Shown here: positions 29,229 to 45,834 of the stretch, piece by piece
Numbering within the stretch: the first letter of the stretch is position 1
Layout: each line of letters starts with the position of its first letter
DNA from: the human T2T-CHM13v2.0 reference genome, Homo sapiens
Length of the DNA stretch: 64,000 bases
Assembly (NCBI RefSeq): GCF_009914755.1
Contig: NC_060940.1
Direction: 5' to 3' (one strand)
Made by a program: the position numbers and the translations under genes
The notes under the pieces: generated by a model
Told to the model about the DNA's origin: nothing
The model's database searches: none
The model's input: the letters and a program-made list of their open reading frames with translations, nothing else

Positions 29229-30016
29229 CTGCAAGCATTGTGAAGGCATGCTTCGATATGCCCTCATCATTGCTTGAAGTCCCAATGCTTGGCATCTAGC
29301 GCAGGATCAATGGTGGATCACTCTCATTCCTACCAATTTGCTCAAGATGGGACTGACAGAAGCTATCCATCTAGTTGCCATTTGCATATGATTAAACCTT
29401 CTGGAAGCAGAGCAATCAGATGAAATCAGCTCCAGGGAAACATATGTGTGCCCTGCTGGTCTCCTTAATTTCTAGAAAGGAAGCCCAAGCATGCCCAAAG
29501 CTTTGCAGGTGTTACAGACAACTTAGTGTTGAAGGCCAACAATATAAGTGAAAACCAATATGGTGATAGAAATAAACGTGCCTCTCCTATGTGTCTGAAG
29601 AAAGAAGCGACAGCTCAGAAGGAGTTGGGTTTTTTTTCACAGTGGAGAGAAAGAAAAAGTTTGAGGGAGAGCATCCAATTTATTATTGAGCATCTGCTGC
29701 GTGCCAGGCACAATGCTGGGTGTTTAGGATACAGAGGTGAGTGAGATGTAGTCCCTGCCCTCAGAGAGCTCACACTCTAGAGGGAGTTAGGGAGGGGAGA
29801 TATAGAAGCACAGGATGCTGTAAAGTGTATGAGAACTCCAACACACTTCTTCCTGAAGTGCAATGGTCACTTCCAGGCAGTGTGAACAGTGTGAACAAGG
29901 TAACAGGAGGGTCAAACAGCAAAGCATATTAGAGGGACATGAGGTATGGCTGGAGCACAGGTTGCAGGGGGAGCTGGGGGCCCAGATTAGACAGGAGAAG
30001 TTGGCAGGGGCCAGAT

Positions 30017-30931
<915 letters not shown>

Positions 30932-30989
30932 AGACCATGACGGGTCATTCATGTTACGTTGAATTAGGTTATCATTAGGGAGTAAAGGG

Positions 30990-31200
30990 ATGAGCTCATG
31001 CAGACCTGGGGTGAAATCTCTGCTCCTTGTCTGCCTTGCTGGGTCACTGTGGGCAAGTGATGTCACTTCTCTGAACCTCAGTTTCCTCATCTATAGAATG
31101 GGAAACTATCAGGGCTTACCTAATAGAGTTCTGGCAATGATTAAAATAATGTGTTCAGGTGCTTACTATAGTGTCCGTCACTAAGTATTTAATAAATGTT
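30990..31200 (+). mobile_element. MIR
   Basis: GGGCAAGT…CTTCTCTGAACCTCAGTTTCCTCATCTATAGAATGGG. Confidence 0.85.
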
Positions 31201-31879
31201 TCTGTGCAGAGCTGCTGAAAGATAAGGCAGGGAGTTAATAATTTCCCCACAGATGCTTAATTTGCTGCTGAGGATATGATAAAAGGAGATCCTGGAGAGA
31301 TTTTGATGCTTCAGCTCCTTTAGGAAACAACTTCCGCATCCCTTCCCATGCCTATGGATGTGACATATCAAGTATCTAGGGAATACAAAGAGTTTTAAGA
31401 GTCCTAGACAAGAAAAGAAGTTTCTGATTTTCTTCTTTATTTGCACTTTATAAATGTGGCGGAGTGTGGGTCGCTCTGAACTATTCAAACGCTTTCTTAA
31501 CACGGCCCACGATGAAGTGAGTGCTTTGGACTTGTGCTTTCAGGGGTGATACCATTTGAAAGTTATCGGCAGCACCTCCTCAGAGATACCAGGGGAAGCT
31601 GCATTGTTTAGACAAGTTCTAATAATTTAAGCCTCCTGTAAATTAGGAGGGAAAAAGTGATAAAATTAAGAAAGAAACAGTTTACATTTGCGATTTGCAT
31701 TTGCAGTAAGAAGTGCCTTATGAGACAGCGGCATATGCAGAGAACTGAGAGGGTTGGGAGAGTGGGGAGGGGTGGTCATCCTGCTCCCCTGTCAAGCTGG
31801 CGTGGTGCCTAAACCCCCACCATGATCCCATTAATTTGAGGCTCGAAGACTTTTATGGTACTTTTGGATTCTTATTTAA

Positions 31880-32790
31880 AATGCAAATACTGTTATAAGA
31901 AGGCAAAGATTTTCAGATAAGGGCTTTTTAAAAATTCCAGCTACATGCTGTTTATGCCAAAAACAAATGACAACAAAAGTTTCTGAATAAATGAACAGGT
32001 AAAGATTCACTGGGAAAATGCAAAAGCAACAATTGCAAGCATGATTGGTAATAGTACCGTCAGACAGAATGCAATTTAAGGCCAAAGGCATAAAGTTTTC
32101 AAAATGAGAGATCATAAAATGATAAAAGGTATGACCCTTGGAGAAAATAGTTTAGTAATGAAACCATCTGCTCCAAACTACACAGCATAAAGCAAAGAAA
32201 TCAGGCACCACTTAAACGAACATGAATACAGAAGCAGGTAAATACATCCTGGTATATCCTTACTATAAATTATTATGCAGGTATTAAAATGGATGAGTTA
32301 TGTCTGTGTATATTTGGTCCAGAGTAGGGGCTGTCAACCCTGGCTATACATAAGACTCATCTAAAGAGCTTTGAAAAATGTCTCTGCCCAAAGTGATTCA
32401 ATTGGTCTTTGATGTGCTCAATTACTGGAATTGTTTGAAACCCCCCCACGTGATTCCAATGTACAATCAGGGTTGAGATTCATCAGGATAGATAGACATC
32501 CTTAATGTATTAAATAAAAAAGCAAAGAAAGGAGAAAGGGAGAAAAGAAAAAAGAGAAAAGAAGAAATGAATAAGTAAGAGAACAAGCAATGAAAATGTG
32601 TATTTTTCATATATTTGTCTGAGCATTGTGAAAAAATGAGAAAAGATAAATAATACCAAAAGTAAACATTGGCTATCTAATTTGGTAGCAGTGGAATTTG
32701 GAGTTCAGGGAGACTAGTTATTGAATTTCTTTATATATCACTCTGTGTTATTTGACTTGCAACAATTAGCATGAACTATTGTGTAACTTT
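31880..32790 (+). mobile_element. Highly decayed L1ME-like fragments with a MER5 at about 32325-32480
   Basis: A-rich ORF2-like and 3' UTR-like blocks; MER5 termini GGCTGTCAACCCTGGCT…CAGGGTTGAGA. Confidence 0.55.
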
Positions 32791-34941
32791 TAAAAATCAG
32801 TCATTCAACAACAATTAGCTAAGCAACTACTATGTGGTAAGCACCACTCTAGCTTCTGAAGATATGAAAGTAGATAAAACAGACAAAATCCTTACTTTCA
32901 TGGATCTTACAATCAAATACATTTTTAATAAGTTGCAAATAAAATTCTAATGCATTTTTGATGTTAATACATTGGAATAAGTCAAGTTGCCTCATCAACT
33001 GTTCTCTTTGTGTGATTAAGACCTGTGGAGACAGTGGGATAATGGGTACAGATTGGTTGTTCCAGAATGATACCTGAGTTTGGTGGGTAAATAAAGGTCT
33101 AGGCATGGACCCTAAAGCCTAGAGAGCATGTGGTTCAATTGCAAGTTAATTAGCCATTTCCCAAGAGGTAGTCTTCACTGCGAAGCAGATGATAAGGAGT
33201 CTTTCTGTGCATCAGCTGAATATGCAGTGTTAGGTATTAATAATGGCATATCTAAGTTCACAGTCTTTCCTTTGGTCCCTGCATGTCCAGTGGCTCCTGC
33301 CTCCCAGGCCATCTAAAAACAGGTCCCCAAGAGCTTAACAGGAAGAAATGACTGCATCAGCAATTAGAATAGCTTATTCCAGTCTTATCTAAGCCACTTC
33401 ATGTGCTATATTCATGAAGCCTATCTGACACCTGGGCTTAAAACAGAAGTCTACTGGAAACAACATGATAAATAACCCTCATCCCTCTATTTAAATAATA
33501 AAATAGTATTCAAACAACTTCCACAGACTTGAGGCTCCTCGGATCCGAAAGTAGCTTAGGAGTCTCCTAACTTTCTTAACTAGTGTTCTGGTCCTGACCA
33601 CCTCTGGGTTTCTATCAATATCCTCAGATTTCCAAGGACAAAGTTCACAACTAGATGTACCTAAAAGTCCTCTGGAGTCCTGTCAAAAGTTCAACCTCAG
33701 AACAATTCTCCAAGCTGACATACAGCCAGGAATAGTTTATGTTTCTGCAAGCTGGAGAGTTAAAACCTCATAATTCAAGGGATATGAGGTAGAGTACTCA
33801 AAAGAGTATCATATTAATAGTGTAGAAATGTCAGCCCTGGACGAAGGGACCTCTTTAGCAAAACTTAAAAGTAAGCCCGGAAAGCATCAAACTGTGTACT
33901 GGTAAATTTATGTCCCAGAACAAAGCTCAAAAGTATTTTTAGGGTTACAAAAATATTCAGCACCCAACAAGGTAAAATTCAAAGTGGCTGATTACAATAA
34001 AAATTTCCAGGTATACAAAGAGGTAGGAAAATATCACCCATAATGAGAAAAAAAAATTCAATAAAAGAGAACCAAAAATGACACAGACGAGAGACTAAGC
34101 AGACAAGGAAAACAAAACAGCTGTTGTTGCTATATTCCACATAGAAAAGCTCCACTATGTGAAGTGACAAGACATTTTAAAAGACCCAACTCAAACTTCT
34201 AGAAAGGAAAAGAGGGAATGCAACAGAGGGGCAACAGAGGAAAACGTTAGTGAATTTAGATGTAATGGAGGGAACAATTAGTGAATTAAATGCAGCAGAG
34301 AGAAAAATTAAAGACAGAAATAGAAACTATTCAAAATAAAACCAGAGAGAAAAAAAGACAGAAGATCAACAGAGCATCAGTATACTGTGGGAGAGGTTTA
34401 TATGGCCTAAGAAATGTGTAATTATAATCCCAAAAGAAAATGGGGGTAAAAAAGACATATTTGAAGAAATAATAGCAAAAAATTCAAAATTTGAAGAAAT
34501 CTATAAACCAAGAATTTCAAGATGAATGAAATAATGAAACCAAAACACAAGAATCATGAAGAAAATTATGCAATGGCATATCGTAACCATATTATTAAAA
34601 CCAGTGAGAAACCAAAAAAAATTAAACCAGAAAGAGAATAAAGACGTACAGATGGTCAAAGATATGAATAACAGGAGACTTCTTAGTGGAAATAACTCAA
34701 GCCAGAAGACTGTTCAGCAACATTCTTAAAGTACAACAACAACAACAAAATTTGTTAACCTTGAATTCTAAACGCAGTGAAAATGTATTTCAAAAATAAA
34801 CGACATTTTTACAGATACAAAGGCTGAAAGAATTTACCAGATCTATACTGCAAGAAATGTTGTAGATAAAGAAATGTTAAATAATTTTTTTTAGGCAGAA
34901 TAAAAGTGATAGCAGAAGAATTTGAATCTACACAAAAGAGT

Positions 34942-35015
34942 GAAGAACATCAGAAATGGTAAATGTATAGGCAAATGTATATTTGCCTATACATTTACCA
35001 TTTCTGATGTTTTTC
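34942..35015. repeat. Inverted repeat: 31-bp perfect arms (35 bp with one G-T pair), 4-nt loop
   Basis: AACATCAGAAATGGTAAATGTATAGGCAAAT-GTAT-ATTTGCCTATACATTTACCATTTCTGATGTT. Confidence 0.97.
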
Positions 35016-35242
35016 TTATCTGATTTTTCTTTATTTCTTTATCTTTATTTTCTTTATTTCTTTATCTTTCTATACTTATTTTCTCTTATCTTATTTTTCT
35101 TATCTTTTGCTCTCCTTTTCAAAATCTCTTTAAAGACAATTAAAATAATGAGAATTTATTATGGGGTTTACAACATATGTAGAATTATAATATATGACAA
35201 AAGTAGCACAAAGGGAGATGGAAATATTCTGTAGTTAGATTC

Positions 35243-35550
35243 TTTTTTTTTTTTTTTTTTTTTTTTTTTTGCAACAGAGTCTTGCTCTGTCGCTCAGACA
35301 AGTGCAGTGCCACAATTTTGGCTCATTGCAACCTTCACCTCTGGAGTTCAAGCAATTCTCCTTCCTCAGCCTCCTGAGTATCTGGGACTACAGGCATGCA
35401 CTACCACATCTGGCTAATTTTTGTATTTTTTAGTAGAGATGGGGTTTCACCATGTTGGCCAGGCTGGTCTCAAACTCCTGGCCCTAAGCAATCCTCCTGT
35501 CTCAGCTTCCCAAATGCTGGGATTACAGGTGTGAGCCACTGTGCCCAGCC
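35243..35550 (-). mobile_element. Alu (J/Sz-like)
   Basis: Long poly(T); TSD AGATTCTT. Confidence 0.95.
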
Positions 35551-35910
35551 AAGATTCTTATATTATATGGAGATTTATCTGAAGGTAGGCTATGATAAAT
35601 TAAAAATGTATACTATAAACTGAAGGCAACCATTAAAAAGGAAACCCAAAATGTTATCACTAACAAGCTAACAAAGAGACAAATGGAATCATAAAAAAAA
35701 CTCAATTAAACCAAAAGAAGGCAGAATAATAGGAAAAAGAGGAAATAAATGGGACACCAATAGCAATATGGAAGATCTGACTCCAACTATGTAAATGATC
35801 ACATTAAATGTAAGTGGGTTAAGTACCCCAGTTAAAAGACGCAGATCGTCAGATTGGCTAAAGAGGCAAAATCCCACTGAAACCTGCCTACAAAAATTCA
35901 CCTTAATCTA

Positions 35911-36208
<298 letters not shown>

Positions 36209-36864
36209 GATATAATATATATATATGCTCAAATAGGATAAAAGCGAAAAAATGAAAAAATATACAAGGTTAACACTAAGCAAAAAAAACCCTGAGTAGC
36301 CGTAACAATATTAAACAAAGAATATTACCAGAGAAAAAGAAGGGTAAATTCATTGTGATAAAGGAATCAATTCAACAAGAAGTTATAAAAATTCCAAATG
36401 TGGATGCAGGTTATAACAAACCTTCAAAATACATGAATAAAAAGCTGACAAAACATAAAGGAGAAATTCTCAAATGTAATGAAAGTGTTCAAAAGCTCTC
36501 ACTAAACAATCGATAAAACATGTAGACAGAAAATCAGCAAGGATATAGAACAGAATAAGTGAAATAACTCTTTGAACCAACTTGACCAAATTGACATTTA
36601 TAGAACACTCCAGCCAACAAAAGCAGAATATACATTCTTTTCCAGTACACACAGAACATTTACCAAAATACACTGTACCTGGCCATAAAAACTAGATAGA
36701 TGTTTTTGATGAATAGATTTTAATGAAAAGTATATTATCTGATCACAACTGAATTAAACTGTGTAACAAAAAGAAATTAGTAACAAAAAAGATACCTGGA
36801 ACATCTCCACATATTTGGAAAACTAACAAACCTCTAAACAAAACAAAATTGCTCAAAGAAGCTA

Positions 36865-37472
36865 CAGAGTATTTTGAACTGAATCAAAGAAAATAAAACA
36901 TATCAAAATTTGTGGAATACAGCTAAAGGAGAGCTCGGCGTGCTCAGAGCTCGGAGTGCACCACAAAGTGTGGTGTGTCCATAACATGGGAGACACATCA
37001 GCAAAAAAGTTTATCCACTATTATAACATACAACAATGTATGTGAATTTCAATAGATGCTAACCATAACTATGCTAATTGAAATAAATCAGACAAAAGAG
37101 TATATGTTAATATTATATTAATCTATGTACACAACATTCTAGGAAATTATGAACTGATACAGAGAGAGCAGAGTATTTTGAACTGAATCAAACAAAATAA
37201 AACATATCAAATTTTGTGGAATACAGCTAAAGGAGAGCTCGGAGTGCTCAGAGCTCAGAGTGCACCACAAAGTGCAGTGTGTCCATAACATGGGAGACAC
37301 CTCAGCAAAAAAGTTTATCCACTGTTATAACATACAATAATGTATGCGAATTTCAATAGATGCTAACCATAACTATGCTAATTGAAACAAATCAGACAAT
37401 AGAGTACATGTTAATGTTATATTAATCTATGTACACAACATTCTAGGAAATTATGAACTGATACAGAGAGAG
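36865..37472. repeat. Direct tandem duplication, 2 x 304 bp
   Basis: 36865-37168 vs 37169-37472; about 15 substitutions counted by eye and no indels. Confidence 0.97.
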
Positions 37473-38339
37473 CAGATTCATAGTTTTCTGAGGATAGGAC
37501 ACAAGGCAACTTTTGAGAGTTCTGCATATGCTCATGATCTTGATTGTGGCAATAAGTTTACAGGTGCATGATAATAATGATACTGTCCAAAAACACTAAA
37601 TTGTATACTTCAAATATGCAAAGTTACTATATGTAAATTACACCTCAATAAAGTTGTAAAAAAAAATCCAAACCCCAGTTCCAGGCACAGAGATGCTGAT
37701 TAAGTGGCAGTAGGTAAGGTCTAAGAACATGCTAAGGTAGGGGGTCCCTGAACTGCACTTTGGAAAATGCTGGGGGAAGAAATTATTAATATATATCTTG
37801 GCCACACCAGCCCCAGCCTGGAGTACCACATGCTGGCCATGGTCAGCCAGTTTGCTCCAATCAGCCAGGCAGGCAGGCCCCACATAACTGGAATCCATAT
37901 TCACCCTTTTGTTCCTCCCCTTCTCTCTACACTGTCTCACCCACAGGTTCCTTTTTCCTTCCTGTCATTTCTTGGCTAGGCTTCTTATCTATCACTCCAC
38001 TGGTTTTGGCTGTCCCTCCTCAAAAGTCTTCCCCTTGTGGCTTTGGACTTCTCATTTCTCCAAACATCCTCCCAAATTGCCTTTGGCATCCCCATTCTTA
38101 AGCTGGAAAAATCCTTCAACTAAGAGAAAAAGCATTATAAACGTTTTAAAACTGATGCACAGAAAAGATGTTCTTTTGTCTGGAAAGGCTACAAACTAAG
38201 CTCATTCTAATGGAAATGTGTTAATGGCTCACTAAAACACCTTTTTTTGTGTGTCCACAGATTTTTGTGGGTGTCTCTTTTGTGACTGCATGCGTAAAGC
38301 TTTGAGATCTTGCAATTTGAGGCCAGTGGGAAACATAAT

Positions 38340-39229
38340 TGATGCAGGATATTTTCTTAACCTCTTCACGGGACTCGTGACGGGGTGCCCTGTTTACTCA
38401 CCCTGCCCCACTCAACCCCTCACGGGAGGGAGTGCGTAGGCGAACAAGCACAGGAACTGGCCAACTGCTTTAGCACTGGCAGGAGCAAACTCTGTGCAGG
38501 TCCCACAGCAGCATACAGGTAGGGGTGCCTGCAACCCCAAGGCCCCAGAGGGTGAGTTACAATGCTCTTTCAGCTCTGCTGTCTGCAGACAGGAGTGTGT
38601 GATCAGCTCAGTGGGCCCTTTGTCTCATCATGTAGGGTGGCTGCCCTCTGTCAGCAAGGGCAAAGGGCCAGTGTGAAAGGTTTTTTGGGTATCCATACTT
38701 GGTGTGTCCTGAATTCTTGTCTAGTGCCCAGGAGGAATGAGGTCATGCAGACAAATTGAAGGACGGTGAATGCAAGAATTCACTGAGCAATGAAAGCAGC
38801 TCTCAGAAGACAGGGGAGCTGGAGAGGGGACGGGAAGGGCAGGTCGCTCTCCTTTGAAGTCAAGTTGCTTCTCTGCCGATCCAGCCACCACCTCTGAAGT
38901 CAAGTTGTCTCTCTTCACTGTCCAGCTGCTTCTCTCTCTCTCTTTCTTTCTCTCTCTCTCTTTCTTTCTCTCTCTCTCTTTCTCTGCCAACTGAGTCTGG
39001 GGTCTTTATAGGCAAAAGATGGGGGTGGGGCAGGCCATAGGTAGTTTTGGAAAAGGCAACATCTGATTGGTGAGAAGACATTATTTGGAAAGAACCAATT
39101 GGGAGAGAGCAGTTACACAGGGATGGAATTTCTCACTTTGGGCCACAGGTTTCAGGGTTTTCAGCTGGAAAATGGGGTTTTGCTGGGAACTTGCCTGTCT
39201 GCCTAGAATTTCTCTACCTCTCTCTATCA
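38340..39229 (-). mobile_element. LTR28-like solo LTR (ERV1) with an internal (CT)n tract at 38931-38985
   Basis: Minus strand begins TGATAGAGAGAGGTAGAGAAATTCTAGGCAGACAGG…CTGAAACCTGTGGCCCAAAGTGAGAA and ends …AATATCCTGCATCA. Confidence 0.85.
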
Positions 39230-39814
39230 CAAGTGTACACTGTGTTAGTATAGAAAATAAAGTTTTCTTAAGAAGAGTAAGAAATGTAAATGAAAATACA
39301 ATAAACCTTTTACATAATGCTAATAACAACCAAGACCAATGCATTTTACCTTATCAGTAAGTGTGTTTGTGTGGATTAAAATGGTTTTATTTTGTTAATG
39401 AACAGCTTCTGTCCATAAAGATGCTGTCGATTTGTCTACCCCACTCCACTTTTGCCTGCCTTTCCTTGAGCAGTGATTTCATTCCTTGCTCTGGAATGGT
39501 TTGGGCTGTCAGCCTTTCAATGGCCATTTTGTTTGAAGGTCACGTTGCTAGAACCCAGACCTCTGCTGTCATGGAAAGCTGGCTGGGAAAACATTTCTTT
39601 AGAGCTAGGGGCAGCCTTAGTGTCCTTGGAGCTGCCTAATGTACTTCTCTATCTGAGACAATAAAAACCCAATTAGAAAAGCTACCCTGGCTTGGATGTC
39701 TCTGCTCACTCAGTCAAAAGAGGACTCTATATACATAACAACAATGATTCTATAAATTGATTGACTGCTTCTAATTTACGTAGTGCTTCTGAGTTCATTA
39801 TAGAAATAATATTA

Positions 39815-40470
<656 letters not shown>

Positions 40471-40790
40471 CATTGCCTCTAACACGCAGAACTCCTCATC
40501 ACCTCCTTACAGCCAGACTGGAGCTTCCAAGGACATTCAAGTTGGCAAAGACTGTGAGCATCCTGAACATTTAAAAGAGTCCCTCTAATAGGCAACATTT
40601 GTTCTTCAACATGGTTTCCTAATTTGGTGACCACCTATGCATCACCTCTCTCATATCTTGAAGCTTGGACAAACTGGAACAAAGTCTCTTTGTCCAGGTC
40701 CCAGGTCACAAGCCTCCAGGGTTGGGGTGTGGTTGAAAGTAAGGCAAGCGTCTCCCAAGGGAAAATCAAACTGCATTAAAAGAGTGCAGT

Positions 40791-41515
<725 letters not shown>

Positions 41516-41672
41516 AAAGCTTGCAATAGATCAAAATAACAAAAGCCAGCCAAGTAGCAAAAACAATAACCAATCCAAAGAATGATGATAATGATGATGA
41601 CACCGTGTATCAAGGACCATGATATGGACTGGCTATTATGCTAGATGTTTTACATATATTTGTTTATATTCT

Positions 41673-41978
41673 TTTTTATTCTTTTTTATTTTTTTGAGAT
41701 GGAGTCTTGCTCTTTCATCCAGGTTAGAGTGCAGTAGCATGATCTCGGCTCACTGCAACCTCCGCCTCCAAGGTTTAAGCGATTCTCCTGCCTCAGCCTC
41801 CTGAGTAGCTGGGATTACTGGCACACGGGAACACACCCAGCTAATTTTTGCATTTTTTGAATTAGAGATGGGGTTTCACCATCTTATCCAGGCTGCTTTC
41901 GAACTCCGGACCTCATGATCCACCCACCTTGACCTCCCAAAATGCTGGGATTACAGGCGTGAGGCACCGTGTCTGGCT
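41673..41978 (-). mobile_element. AluS (Sc/Sg-like) inside a MIR
   Basis: 16-bp TSD TATTTGTTTATATTCT at 41657-41672 and 41979-41994. Confidence 0.97.
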
Positions 41979-42192
41979 TATTTGTTTATATTCTAACTAC
42001 AGCCCCAGAAAGATAGTCATCATTAATCCCTACTTTACAGAGGAGGAACCCGGGGCTTAGAGAAGGGAATTGAACTGCCCAGGCTCATATTGCTAGGAGT
42101 TAGCCAAGCTGCGTATGAAACGACTACCTCTTCTGCCAGTTGCTGCTGCTCAGAAACCAGCTCAGTAATATAACACTCCTGCCTCTTTTTAA

Positions 42193-42634
<442 letters not shown>

Positions 42635-42684
42635 CGATGTGGGCTTTTCTTATATGGTCTTTATTATGTTGAGTTAGTGTCCTT

Positions 42685-42756
42685 CTGACCTCGAGATCTG
42701 CCCGCCTTGGCCTCCCAAAGTGCTGGGATTACAGGGGTGAGCCACCGCGCCCGGCC
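42685..42756 (-). mobile_element. Alu 5' fragment, about 72 bp
   Basis: CTGACCTCG…GCCTCCCAAAGTGCTGGGATTACAGG…CCACCGCGCCCGGCC. Confidence 0.9.
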
Positions 42757-43071
42757 AGGTTTCTCTTTTCTTCTCCTGAGCACTGACTTCCTGGATGCAT
42801 AAGAAAGGAAATAACTTTGGGCCATCAACTCATGGCTCTTAATCAACCTAAGTCAGCTTCAAAAATGGCCAGAGTTGGATGTGAAATTGTCTGGCTGCTC
42901 CATGTGCTTACAATCCAGGAAAAAAGACAAGCAACTCTGAGAATTGTGTTTAAAATTGGGATCCATTTCCTTCAGCTAAGCAAGAAGTTGGCTCATTTTT
43001 TTTTAGTAATTGTCACAATTTGCCTAGTACTTTCTTGATTGTCTGGATTTCCCTAAAAGTAAGCTCCATGA

Positions 43072-43501
<430 letters not shown>

Positions 43502-44220
43502 TGAAACAAAATAGCATCCACATCAGGCTGTGTGCTACTAACGCAGAAACTTCCTTTTAAAATGGAAAATAAAATGATAAGGCTAGGAGTCTACCAACTT
43601 CCCATGATTCTACCAGTGATTAAAAGCCAATCATTCCATTATTGTGTTCTGTTCTGAGCTTTCCAGAACTTAATTCTGCCTCCTAAATTGAGATCAGAAA
43701 ACTGGTAGAGAATTGAAATCCTCTGGGCCATTTCTTTCTTCCAGATACTTCAGTCGCCATCAGCACTGTCTTAATGAATCTCCACTCTATTAAATTGTTA
43801 TTGGGTCTCCAAGCAGGTCATTTGTAACCCCTCTTTCTCAGAACAGAAATCAAACTGTGGAAAGGAATAGGGAAACAGAAAGCAGAATGAGATTAAGATG
43901 TAATTTCCTATGGTGGATCCACATTTAATTAACTTTTTCCGAACAAAATGCTCTCACATGGTGGGGTCATACTGTCAAGGAGGTTGTAGCTGGTGGACTC
44001 TTCCTCCGTGGGACTGTCTAGACATCAAAGGGGTAGGAAATCCAGAGGTGGCTCCTCTATTTGGAGAACTGGATATTTTGCTGCCAGGAGTCTGGAGAAT
44101 TTAAACTTCCTGAGTCAATTCAATTTAGGTAGGAACTAATTCATCTTCTGTCCATCACCCAATCACTATGCCAGATCATGTTCCTGTCATGTTTCATTAC
44201 CTCCTTTCAGCTGGCATCCC

Positions 44221-44745
<525 letters not shown>

Positions 44746-44936
44746 TCACATCACATGGATTAATTTATTTAATCCTCACAATAAATCAGTGGGGTACATG
44801 GGATTATCATATTCACCTTGCAGAGGAGGAAGCAGGGCTTAGGGAAAGGAAATGGCTCACCCAAAGTTCCACATGCTGGTCAATGGTGGAGGTGAGATCC
44901 CAGCCCAGGGAAGCCTGATCCCAAAGACGATGTCAT

Positions 44937-45170
44937 TTATGTATATTGCATAATGATGAGGTTTGGGCTTCCATTGAACCCTTTACCAAAATAGTTTACA
45001 TTGTACCCAGTAGGTAATTTTTCAACCCTCACCAACTCCTACTCTCCCACTTTTGGAGCCCCCAGGGTCTATTATTTCTGTCTTTGTGTCCACGGGTGTC
45101 CCTTGTTTAGCTTCCACTTATAAGAGAGAACATGCAGTATTTGATGTGCTATTTGTGAGTTATTTCACTA
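44937..45170 (-). mobile_element. L1PA16/L1PB-like 3' UTR fragment, copy A
   Basis: TGCATAATGATGAGGTTTGG…CCCAGTAGGTAATTTTTCAACCCT…CACTTATAAG…GAACATG. Confidence 0.85.
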
Positions 45171-45473
45171 AGGACATTGCAGGCAGAGGAAAGAGCATAC
45201 ACACCTGCCTCTCCTGCCTCCACCAATGTCCATGTGGTTTCTCTGAAGCCCAGATCTGACCATGTCACCCTTAGTAGCTTTCTGGGATTCTCTGCCACTC
45301 AGTTAATGAGGTCCATTTCTTTATCCTAGCAAGTTTCCAAATTGAGCTTTAATCTAGGTCCCCATCTTATTCCCAATTCCCTGACTCTCTCCCCAATGTA
45401 CCTGCCACTCCAACACTTCTAACCTTACCCTATTTCAAACATACTACTCTCTGTCATATTTATGCACCTTTTG

Positions 45474-45834
45474 TTAATTTTCTATTTTATTTTTTATTTT
45501 AGATTATTTTATTTTGTTCTTATATTTTATTTTAATTTTATATTATTTTATTTTTATTTTAGATTGATGGGTGTACAAGTGCAGGTTTGTTACGTGGGTA
45601 TACTGCATAATGGTGAGGTTTGGATTTCTATTGAAACCATCACACAAATAGTACACATTGTGCCCAGTAGGTAATTTTTCAACCCTTGCCAACTCCCACC
45701 CTCCCCACTTTTGGAGTCCTCAGTGTCTGTTATTTTCATCTTTGTATCCATGTGTACTCATTATTTAGCTTCCCCTTATAAGTCAGAACATGTAGTATTT
45801 GATTTGCTGTTTCTGAGTTATTTTACTTAGGATA
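45474..45834 (-). mobile_element. L1PA16/L1PB-like 3' UTR with T-rich tail, copy B
   Basis: (TTTTA)n tail; GTGCAGGTTTGTTAC; same blocks as copy A. Confidence 0.9.
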
